DNA of 46,179 nucleotides from a virus (taxonomy: Duplodnaviria > Caudoviricetes): positions 1 to 46,179 of the IMG/VR virus record IMGVR_UViG_3300030376_001764; one strand, 5' to 3'. The notes under the pieces were generated by a model. That model ran no database searches and was not told the origin of the DNA. It was given only the letters and a program-made list of their open reading frames with translations. Shown here one piece after another: positions 1 through 6,088 of this stretch. How positions within the stretch are numbered: the stretch's first letter is position 1; every line of letters starts with the position of its first letter. The position numbers and the translations under genes were made by a program.

Positions 1-220
1 TACTATACTACTTATAAGGCTAGTGTCACAAAAAATTAAGTCAGATATATAGGGGTATAGTGTTACCCCCTATCGTACTGATTATCAGTCTGTTACAAAA
101 ACGATTTTATATTTTACGGGTCCCCCTTTTTCTCTAGGTTTTTACGTATATACCCTTGATTTTCAGTATATTACGCCCCAGTGTTTGACTTTTTCTGTAC
201 ATGTATTATACTATTACTTA
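1..220. other. Non-coding terminus/origin-like control region
   Basis: No ORF. Contains hairpin ATAGGGGTA/TACCCCCTAT (49-73), two related YTGATTWTCAGT..TTAC sites (78-96, 156-174) and AGGCTAGTGTCACAA (17-31), which recurs at 7902-7916. Lies upstream of the first early promoter. Confidence 0.45.
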
Positions 221-224
221 TATT

Positions 225-259
225 TTACAGACAAAACAATAGTCTATTTGGATAATATA
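225..259 (+). promoter_or_regulatory. Early promoter motif copy 1
   Basis: TTACAGACAAAA-N12-TGGATAATATA; ATG at 282. Confidence 0.8.
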
Positions 260-281
260 AATGTAATTAAAAATAAAACTT

Positions 282-410
282 ATGACTTACGACATTGATA
301 CACTACGAGAAGATATCTTCACTGATTTTATACAAGAATACAATCATTTAACTAATGATGAAATATCTGAACTTGTAGATATTGAATTAAATAAAATAAT
401 TAATAGATAA
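282..410 (+). CDS. Small acidic early protein (42 aa, not in ORF track)
   Basis: MTYDIDTLREDIFTDFIQEYNHLTNDEISELVDIELNKIINR; follows promoter 1 with an A-rich leader. Confidence 0.65.
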   Translation: MTYDIDTLREDIFTDFIQEYNHLTNDEISELVDIELNKIINR

Positions 411-465
411 TGAAGTTCAGTGTTATATCTCTAACTATTTTTTAAATACTAAACAAATATACACT

Positions 466-500
466 TTACAAACAAAACTAATAACTAATTGGATAATATA
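466..500 (+). promoter_or_regulatory. Early promoter motif copy 2
   Basis: TTACAAACAAAA-N12-TGGATAATATA; ATG at 514. Confidence 0.8.
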
Positions 501-513
501 ATAAATTACTACT

Positions 514-696
514 ATGTACAAAATAAATAATCATTTCAAAACTAAAACTTATCAATTATTATCTAATAACTTTATTTCATTTAAATTTATTAAAATTAAT
601 TCTTACAATTCAAAATTAATAATTCTAAATAATTACTCAAATATAAATATAAATAAATTATTTACTAAAAACTTAATAAACTTTAAACAACTTTAA
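514..696 (+). CDS. Hypothetical early protein (60 aa, N/K/I/L/F-rich)
   Basis: ORF directly after promoter 2; the only G in it is in the ATG. Confidence 0.5.
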   Translation: MYKINNHFKTKTYQLLSNNFISFKFIKINSYNSKLIILNNYSNININKLFTKNLINFKQL

Positions 697-707
697 AATA
701 AATAACT

Positions 708-857
708 ATGTTTGAATTTACTTTTAATCTTATTAATTCAGATCCTTTTTATATAACTCACAATACTAATACTATTGACAATGAATTAATTCAATTTCTA
801 AATCAAATTGACTTTGACTTTACTAAAATAACTTCATTCACAGTTTCTAAAATCTAA
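708..857 (+). CDS. Small early protein (49 aa, not in track)
   Basis: MFEFTFNLINSDPFYITHNTNTIDNELIQFLNQIDFDFTKITSFTVSKI; AACTATG start context; stop abuts promoter 3. Confidence 0.6.
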   Translation: MFEFTFNLINSDPFYITHNTNTIDNELIQFLNQIDFDFTKITSFTVSKI

Positions 858-892
858 TTACAAACAAAACCAAACTAAACTTGGATAATATA
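858..892 (+). promoter_or_regulatory. Early promoter motif copy 3
   Basis: TTACAAACAAAA-N12-TGGATAATATA; ATG at 939. Confidence 0.8.
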
Positions 893-938
893 ATAAACAA
901 ATACTAATAAATAATAATAACTTTTAAATATAATAACT

Positions 939-1169
939 ATGCAAAATTCAATTCAATCAAAAAGATTTGTCATTCGAAAATCTCTAATCGGTCAAAACTC
1001 TATCATCGAAGTTACTTTCAAATCTGGAAAAACTTTCAAATATAATCATGACAAAGTTTATGAACTAATGAAAGACAATTTAAATAAACTAAACTGTTGG
1101 GAAAAATATAAATCTTACACTTCATCAACTTCAATTCCCAAAGTTGTACAAAATGTTGAAGTCATATAA
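939..1169 (+). CDS. Hypothetical early protein (76 aa, basic)
   Basis: ORF track; AACTATG start after promoter 3. Confidence 0.75.
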   Translation: MQNSIQSKRFVIRKSLIGQNSIIEVTFKSGKTFKYNHDKVYELMKDNLNKLNCWEKYKSYTSSTSIPKVVQNVEVI

Positions 1170-1185
1170 TTGACTTCTTCATTTT
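1158..1185 (+). terminator. Hairpin overlapping a stop codon, possible weak terminator
   Basis: GAAGTCA-TATAAT-TGACTTC followed by TTCATTTT. Confidence 0.5.
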
Positions 1186-1240
1186 AACTCGCGCGTTGAA
1201 ATGTGTACATCACGAGTATAAACAATGTTGAACAGATTAA

Positions 1241-1281
1241 AGTCACAATGGTTAATGTGAGTTCGATTCTCACTGTGACTA
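1241..1281 (+). ncRNA. tRNA-like minihelix 1 (acceptor stem + T arm; no D or anticodon arm)
   Basis: AGTCACA-ATGGTTAAT-GTGAG-TTCGATT-CTCAC-TGTGACT-A: perfect 7-bp and 5-bp stems with a canonical 7-nt T loop. Confidence 0.75.
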
Positions 1282-1306
1282 CTACTAACTTTTTAAAATT
1301 ACAATT

Positions 1307-1447
1307 ATGACTATTACTAATAAAATACAACAACTTTACAAAAAACTAGATTTTCTTCAAGACAATGACAGATGGGTTCAATACCGAGAAGTGTACAAAG
1401 AAATAACTGAACTAGAAAGATTAAGAGATGAATCATACTCAAACTAA
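1307..1447 (+). CDS. Small early protein (46 aa, not in track)
   Basis: MTITNKIQQLYKKLDFLQDNDRWVQYREVYKEITELERLRDESYSN. Confidence 0.6.
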   Translation: MTITNKIQQLYKKLDFLQDNDRWVQYREVYKEITELERLRDESYSN

Positions 1448-1453
1448 TTCGCT

Positions 1454-1594
1454 ATGACTATAGATAAAATATACAATGAACTACAATTAATAAATGAGTT
1501 TGAAGCTAATTTCAACATCACTCCACAGTCTAAAACTAGACGTGAAGAACTTACAAACAAATTACAACAACTAATGGATAATAATATAAAATAA
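1454..1594 (+). CDS. Small early protein (46 aa, not in track)
   Basis: MTIDKIYNELQLINEFEANFNITPQSKTRREELTNKLQQLMDNNIK; contains promoter copy 4 in its 3' end. Confidence 0.55.
   Translation: MTIDKIYNELQLINEFEANFNITPQSKTRREELTNKLQQLMDNNIK
1551..1585 (+). promoter_or_regulatory. Early promoter motif copy 4 (inside a CDS)
   Basis: TTACAAACAAAT-N12-TGGATAATAAT; ATG at 1597. Confidence 0.75.
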
Positions 1595-1596
1595 TT

Positions 1597-1731
1597 ATGC
1601 GTAAATTCAATCACTACACAATTCTAAAACTAGTCGTTTATGGCTATATAACCTTAGCATCACTTGGCATTATTGGCTTAATAGTTCAATTTGCAACAGG
1701 TGATTTAAACGCTGACTTTGGAATGTTCTAA
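1597..1731 (+). CDS. Small single-pass membrane protein (44 aa, not in track)
   Basis: MRKFNHYTILKLVVYGYITLASLGIIGLIVQFATGDLNADFGMF; one hydrophobic helix. Confidence 0.6.
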   Translation: MRKFNHYTILKLVVYGYITLASLGIIGLIVQFATGDLNADFGMF

Positions 1732-1742
1732 AACAAACAACT

Positions 1743-1862
1743 ATGCAAAGAGATTTAATATCTTTAATCAGATTCATTTACGCTCATGACTTAAACGAGT
1801 CAGAGCTAAATGATGACGAATATCTAACATCTTTAATAAATAACTACTATGAAAACTTATAG
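1743..1862 (+). CDS. Small early protein (39 aa, not in track)
   Basis: MQRDLISLIRFIYAHDLNESELNDDEYLTSLINNYYENL; AACTATG start. Confidence 0.5.
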   Translation: MQRDLISLIRFIYAHDLNESELNDDEYLTSLINNYYENL

Positions 1863-2109
1863 AAATATAAATTATGACTACAACGAGTGGACTACTCACA
1901 CTGGTAAATCAGCAAGTGGTTATTCATGCGAAGCTTTCGATGAGTTTCCATACTACATCGCTAGACTAACTGCAGAAACAGAAGATGGTATCAAAGAGCG
2001 TATCGATTACTTTCTTGATCACAAAGCGGAATATGAAGCTAGACGTGAACTTTCTAATAAAGCGGCTGAATCGTTTTATAACTCAATGGGTACATACAAA
2101 GGCGATTAA
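1849..2109 (+). CDS. Hypothetical early protein (86 aa)
   Basis: ORF track; tiles with neighbouring genes. Confidence 0.7.
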   Translation: MKTYRNINYDYNEWTTHTGKSASGYSCEAFDEFPYYIARLTAETEDGIKERIDYFLDHKAEYEARRELSNKAAESFYNSMGTYKGD

Positions 2110-2110
2110 T

Positions 2111-2266
2111 ATGAAAAGAGACTTATACAAATACCAAAGAGCTAGAAGCTTACGTAATCGTAAGGTTATTTCTAAAATAACTAAAGCTGAAATTGAAGCT
2201 ATAGAGCGTGAATACTACGACAGATTTAACTCAGAACTATCTTCATGGGTAGGAGAGATGTATTAA
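2111..2266 (+). CDS. Hypothetical early protein (51 aa; start moved from 1985)
   Basis: MKRDLYKYQRAR... begins 1 nt after the previous stop. Confidence 0.6.
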   Translation: MKRDLYKYQRARSLRNRKVISKITKAEIEAIEREYYDRFNSELSSWVGEMY

Positions 2267-2267
2267 A

Positions 2268-2302
2268 TTACAAACAAATAACAATATCCTTTGGATAATA
2301 TA
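2268..2302 (+). promoter_or_regulatory. Early promoter motif copy 5
   Basis: TTACAAACAAAT-N12-TGGATAATATA; ATG at 2317. Confidence 0.8.
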
Positions 2303-2316
2303 ATAAATAACAAACT

Positions 2317-2514
2317 ATGCAATCAATTAAATTCTACAAAAAATACGACACTCATCTAGCTAAAATTGGCGATACTGAGTATAAAGGCTATAATATCGGC
2401 GATCTACCTCCATCATTTGGCTTTATCACTAATGCAGCCGGACAAGAAGGTAAATCACACTGGTTTAACTACAAAGGTTTAACTTACATTGAAAAAACCG
2501 AACTGCCATGGTAG
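2317..2514 (+). CDS. Hypothetical early protein (65 aa)
   Basis: ORF track; follows promoter 5. Confidence 0.7.
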   Translation: MQSIKFYKKYDTHLAKIGDTEYKGYNIGDLPPSFGFITNAAGQEGKSHWFNYKGLTYIEKTELPW

Positions 2515-2756
2515 TTAAAAATATGAGAGATCTGCTCAACTATGTTGAAGAGCAAAAGCAAATTCGAGCTGCGGAGCATAGACGCAAGTTCGCGCATCAC
2601 GGTGAATGTGGTGGACTAACTGACAAAGAGTGGTTTTCAGTAAAACACAGTCAAAAATCTAGTTTTCCAAAAGCTAGGAAGTTCACCCATCACAAGATGT
2701 GGCGCGAAACAGGTAGTAAATATACAGTCGAACAACTAAAACAAATAGCAAAATAA
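2508..2756 (+). CDS. Hypothetical early protein (82 aa, basic)
   Basis: ORF track; coupled to neighbours. Confidence 0.65.
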   Translation: MVVKNMRDLLNYVEEQKQIRAAEHRRKFAHHGECGGLTDKEWFSVKHSQKSSFPKARKFTHHKMWRETGSKYTVEQLKQIAK

Positions 2757-2962
2757 TGAGCAAAATGAAAGAACTAGAGGATATGGCGACGTGGATCGCT
2801 GATTCTATCGACGATAGCATTATCTCTAATACAGAGTGGGCTATGGACGGAACTAGCTTTGATGAGCTTGAAGGTGATGATTACCTGCGAGCACAAGAAG
2901 CTATAGCAGCTAAAACTGTTGAAATACTATACAACAGGTGGTTTACAAACAAAACACAATAG
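2756..2962 (+). CDS. Hypothetical acidic early protein (68 aa)
   Basis: TAATG stop/start overlap; promoter 6 lies in its 3' end. Confidence 0.7.
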   Translation: MSKMKELEDMATWIADSIDDSIISNTEWAMDGTSFDELEGDDYLRAQEAIAAKTVEILYNRWFTNKTQ

Positions 2963-2977
2963 CTACTGGATAATATA
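2943..2977 (+). promoter_or_regulatory. Early promoter motif copy 6
   Basis: TTACAAACAAAA-N12-TGGATAATATA; ATG at 2998. Confidence 0.8.
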
Positions 2978-2997
2978 ATAAACAAAAACAAACAAAT

Positions 2998-3186
2998 ATG
3001 TATTGTAGATGCGGTAAATCTGTGCACCCAGTGCGAATAGACTTAGGTTACAAAACTTGTGTCGAGTGTTCAACCACTCAAACTTATAGCTATGTACCTA
3101 TCATCGAGCACAAGACAGGCAATACTATTCAAATCGTCAGCCAAGAAGTATCAGCGAGTGTGCACAGAGCTTGGCGGCGTAAGTAG
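2998..3186 (+). CDS. C4 zinc-finger protein, DksA/TraR-finger-like
   Basis: CRCGKSVHPVRIDLGYKTCVEC resembles the CxxCG..I...RL......CxxC finger. Confidence 0.55.
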   Translation: MYCRCGKSVHPVRIDLGYKTCVECSTTQTYSYVPIIEHKTGNTIQIVSQEVSASVHRAWRRK

Positions 3187-3374
3187 TTGGAAGGTGCTGC
3201 TGTTAGCGGCAGACTACATAGCGCGAGGAACTACCTGAGTTGGTAGGGTTGTGAAGCGCAAGGCGGCGGCATACTGGTCACGTTAGCGGAAATGATTATG
3301 ATTGGAAGTACGCGAAACAGAAAGAGCGGATAAATGACAATACTAGTTAACTACCAGTCCGTAACTGCTGCCTT
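3183..3374 (+). ncRNA. GC-rich structured non-coding RNA cluster of unknown family
   Basis: No ORF. Stems: GTAGT/ACTAC with CTGCTG/CGGCAG; GCGC/GCGC with CTACC/GGTAG; AAGGCGGCGG/CTGCTGCCTT with ACTGGT/ACCAGT and GTTAGC/GTTAAC. G-U pairs favour the + strand. Confidence 0.6.
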
Positions 3375-3376
3375 AT

Positions 3377-3462
3377 GGGCGTGAAATGGTTAGGGTATGA
3401 TTAAAGGCGAACTTGATTCGGCTCGATGATTACTAACGCAGGTTCGATTCCTGCCACGTCCA
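3377..3462 (+). ncRNA. tRNA-like element 2, resembling the tmRNA tRNA-like domain (G3-U70, A73)
   Basis: GGGCGTG...GCAGG-TTCGATT-CCTGC-CACGTCC-A; ATGGTTA after the 5' stem as in the other two elements; no canonical anticodon arm. Confidence 0.7.
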
Positions 3463-3467
3463 CTGTA

Positions 3468-3502
3468 TTACAAACAAAATTCATTATCTAATGGATAATA
3501 TA
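3468..3502 (+). promoter_or_regulatory. Early promoter motif copy 7
   Basis: TTACAAACAAAA-N12-TGGATAATATA; ATG at 3510. Confidence 0.8.
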
Positions 3503-3509
3503 TACAATT

Positions 3510-3755
3510 ATGAATGAAATTAAAACACTTAAACAACGGCTTAAACCAGACATCAAAGCAAAGCTTGAGTCTAATGACCGTAAATACTCCGCGGCGGTAC
3601 GCAGTTTATTTGCTAAACTAGACAAAACTAAGTTTATCAGCGACTTAACAATTGGCGATGTACGCTCATTGCATTCGTTTTCTGATACAAGTTTACACAA
3701 CCTTAATAGCTACGATCTAATGTGGTGCGAGCATTTATTTGAAGACAATGACTGA
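3510..3755 (+). CDS. Hypothetical protein (81 aa)
   Basis: ORF track; follows promoter 7. Confidence 0.7.
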   Translation: MNEIKTLKQRLKPDIKAKLESNDRKYSAAVRSLFAKLDKTKFISDLTIGDVRSLHSFSDTSLHNLNSYDLMWCEHLFEDND

Positions 3756-4023
3756 TACAACTAAATTACAAGCACACGATAAAGCTTTTGCAAATATGCA
3801 TCAGTTATCTATCGATATGGCTCAAACCAGACTTCAACTAGAAGGCAAGGTGTCAAGTATATTTGACGAAGAGCAATTACAAGCTACATTGAATTCTCAA
3901 CTAAGAGACTTCGATGCATGGAATTATATAGCAACTTTAATAGAAAAAGATTATGGAAAACACAGTTACGTTGATGAAATACTTGGGTATCAACGAGATT
4001 ACGACTTCGCGGCAGAAGGCTAA
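3748..4023 (+). CDS. Hypothetical protein (about 91 aa)
   Basis: ORF track 3739-4023; ATG at 3748 preferred over the TTG start. Confidence 0.6.
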   Translation: MTDTTKLQAHDKAFANMHQLSIDMAQTRLQLEGKVSSIFDEEQLQATLNSQLRDFDAWNYIATLIEKDYGKHSYVDEILGYQRDYDFAAEG

Positions 4024-4291
4024 TGGTACAAGAGCTTTTGAAACTCCGTTTAAAGTACGTAGAAAACCAGTGAGATTTTATTCTTACAGAAGAGGTTATG
4101 TTCGTATTGATAGAAACTGCCACTCAATGTACCAGATAAACAAGACGTATGACGTTGACTATAAGGCAGTTGGATGGGACGGTAAGTTTTACGAAGGTAA
4201 AAATAAAAAACGCATTATGATATACAATGAAGAATCTAGACTAAACTATATTCTAAAATATATACTAAAAAACTATTATAGACTTAGATGA
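3953..4291 (+). CDS. Hypothetical basic protein (112 aa)
   Basis: ORF track. Confidence 0.65.
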   Translation: MENTVTLMKYLGINEITTSRQKANGTRAFETPFKVRRKPVRFYSYRRGYVRIDRNCHSMYQINKTYDVDYKAVGWDGKFYEGKNKKRIMIYNEESRLNYILKYILKNYYRLR

Positions 4292-4767
4292 CAATTACAT
4301 TAAATGGAATAACAATGACAGATAATAAATTAAAACTAGACGAAGAGCTTGTGCAACAACTACTAGCAGAAGACAACGTTATTGAAGCTGATGACACTAA
4401 TCCAGATATCATGCTTGAGCGTATTAAAGACCATTTTGACTTTGAACTTACTGATGGTTGGGCTAAAAATCCTGACATGATGTTTTACACAGAGACAACT
4501 TCTGATGGTTATGAAGTGTGGGTTGCAACAGATGATGATCAACGACCATCAATTAATGAAGATATATACTACTATGAAAATGATTGGCTTGAAAAAATGG
4601 CTGACGCTATGACAGATGGTTTGACTATTTACTTTCAAGAACTCAACGATGATAACTATGAGTTTCAAGAAGTTGTGCACAATGTGTATGAAGAGTACTA
4701 CAATGATAAAAAACAAGAACTAATTGAAAAGCTAATCGACGACGGATATGAGTGGGAAGAAGAATGA
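4288..4767 (+). CDS. Highly acidic protein, possible DNA mimic
   Basis: About 45 D/E versus about 10 K/R by hand count; early-region location. Confidence 0.6.
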   Translation: MTITLNGITMTDNKLKLDEELVQQLLAEDNVIEADDTNPDIMLERIKDHFDFELTDGWAKNPDMMFYTETTSDGYEVWVATDDDQRPSINEDIYYYENDWLEKMADAMTDGLTIYFQELNDDNYEFQEVVHNVYEEYYNDKKQELIEKLIDDGYEWEEE

Positions 4768-5023
4768 TACAGGCCAAAAACCATTACCAAAGTGGTATGA
4801 TGGCGCTATATATACTAAATGGGAAACGGTAACTAACCCGTTTTCAGGTCAATCAGAGTTGTTATCGCCTAATGAAGTTGCGATGTATGACTTAATTATG
4901 GGTTTAACTATGACGCTTGAGCGTACAGGTTACAAATCAGAAAAGCTAATGAAAGATCACAGAAGAGGTCTTGACTGGTTTAGAGTAGCAAACCCTGAAG
5001 CATATATGACTTTGCTAGACTAG
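4748..5023 (+). CDS. Hypothetical protein (91 aa)
   Basis: ORF track; C-terminal WFR..NPEAYMTLLD. Confidence 0.7.
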   Translation: MSGKKNDTGQKPLPKWYDGAIYTKWETVTNPFSGQSELLSPNEVAMYDLIMGLTMTLERTGYKSEKLMKDHRRGLDWFRVANPEAYMTLLD

Positions 5024-5030
5024 CAACACA

Positions 5031-5070
5031 GGACGTAATGGTTAATACAAGTTCGATTCTTGTACGTCCA
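5031..5070 (+). ncRNA. tRNA-like minihelix 3
   Basis: GGACGT-AATGGTTAAT-ACAAG-TTCGATT-CTTGT-ACGTCC-A: same linker and loop as element 1, different but complementary stems. Confidence 0.75.
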
Positions 5071-5091
5071 CTAACTTTAAAATTAATTATT

Positions 5092-5298
5092 ATGCCTAAC
5101 ATGAGTTATTGCCGGTTTGAAAACACGGTAAACGACATGCAAGATTGTTTAAATGCAATCGAAGATCGTGAAGTAAACGATCTAAGCAATTACGAGGTAA
5201 GAGCTTTACAGCATTTTTTAGAGCTAGGTAAGGTTATCGTAGATTACGAAAATGATATTGAAGAAATACTAGAACAAAATGACTATCAACAGAGATAA
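5092..5298 (+). CDS. Conserved-looking phage protein (MPNMSYCRFENT...)
   Basis: Start moved from 5038; N-terminal NMSYCRFENT is a motif I recall from phage proteins. Confidence 0.7.
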   Translation: MPNMSYCRFENTVNDMQDCLNAIEDREVNDLSNYEVRALQHFLELGKVIVDYENDIEEILEQNDYQQR

Positions 5299-5479
5299 GC
5301 ATATATGGGAAGGTTGGACAGTGGGTTGTTTTATTGACGATATAGAACCTACATTTGATATGTGTGGTCCGTTTATGGACAAGCAAAGCCTTAAGCGTTG
5401 GGTTGCGCAAGAACAACCTTATTACAAAAAACATATACCAGAAGTATACAAATACTTCTTAAATAAATCAGGATTATGA
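5279..5479 (+). CDS. Hypothetical protein (66 aa)
   Basis: HIWEGWTV...QPYYKKHIPEV; ORF track. Confidence 0.7.
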   Translation: MTINRDKHIWEGWTVGCFIDDIEPTFDMCGPFMDKQSLKRWVAQEQPYYKKHIPEVYKYFLNKSGL

Positions 5480-5610
5480 AAACAATTAAACTAACAGAGA
5501 ACGATTGCATTTTTGTACACTATGTACTACGTATGTACGCTCAGCAAACACCTGGGCTTGACAGCGATGACAAAGCAGAGATAAAAGAAGTCGCAGCTAA
5601 ATTTAAATAA
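5476..5610 (+). CDS. Small protein (44 aa, not in track)
   Basis: ATGA overlap; fills the gap exactly. Confidence 0.6.
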   Translation: MKTIKLTENDCIFVHYVLRMYAQQTPGLDSDDKAEIKEVAAKFK

Positions 5611-5611
5611 T

Positions 5612-6088
5612 ATGGCAACAAGAAACTTAACAATGATTGTTGATCGCAAGCATGCGAAAAAGCACAAGGAAGGCTTTGCGGCTGATCCTAGTAACTTTAC
5701 TGACAATAGCTATGTAAACATGTACTTACACCATGATGGTTATCCTGAGTTTCAGGGTGTACAAATAGCTAATTGGTTGCACGCTAACGGCAGACAAGAC
5801 GGTAGTGCGATGGCAGCTAAGCTAGTTCACGACATGTACTATGACAGTTGCTACTTATATCCATCACCAGACATGATAGATCACCAATATACTTATATTA
5901 TTTGGTCAGGTAAAAAGATAGGTGTTTTTATCAGTTGTTATGACAATTACAACAGTGAAAATGTATTTGTACTAACGCCTGAAAAAGTAATATCACGTTA
6001 CATGTCTGATTATGAGTATACTGACTTTGCTAACGGCGAAAAAAGATGGAATGAGATGGAGTTGTATAACAATAAAAACTTTGTATGA
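5612..6088 (+). CDS. Conserved phage protein with MxTR...YxHxDGYP motif
   Basis: MATRNL...MYLHHDGYPEFQG; function unknown. Confidence 0.75.
   Translation: MATRNLTMIVDRKHAKKHKEGFAADPSNFTDNSYVNMYLHHDGYPEFQGVQIANWLHANGRQDGSAMAAKLVHDMYYDSCYLYPSPDMIDHQYTYIIWSGKKIGVFISCYDNYNSENVFVLTPEKVISRYMSDYEYTDFANGEKRWNEMELYNNKNFV

Noticed and set aside
225-259. Host Bacteroidota housekeeping promoter (TAnnTTTG)
   Set aside because: TTTG appears before GATAAT in only some copies; the invariant positions across the seven copies do not fit that consensus.
3183-3462. Full tmRNA or RNase P RNA
   Set aside because: No tag reading frame lies between the acceptor strands. GAGGAA, ACAGAA and GATAAATG fragments occur, but not in the RNase P order or with its P4 helix.
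225-3502. Repeated 35-nt motif as a CRISPR array
   Set aside because: Spacing is irregular (240-720 nt), the central 12 nt vary, the intervals contain ORFs, and there are no cas genes.
1241-5070. Canonical tRNA genes or attP remnants
   Set aside because: No D stem or anticodon arm. Both acceptor strands are present with compensatory changes, unlike an att fragment, and no integrase is in the window.
5038-5091. N-terminal extension of ORF 5038-5298
   Set aside because: That ATG lies inside the tRNA-like linker; ATG 5092 has the typical leader.
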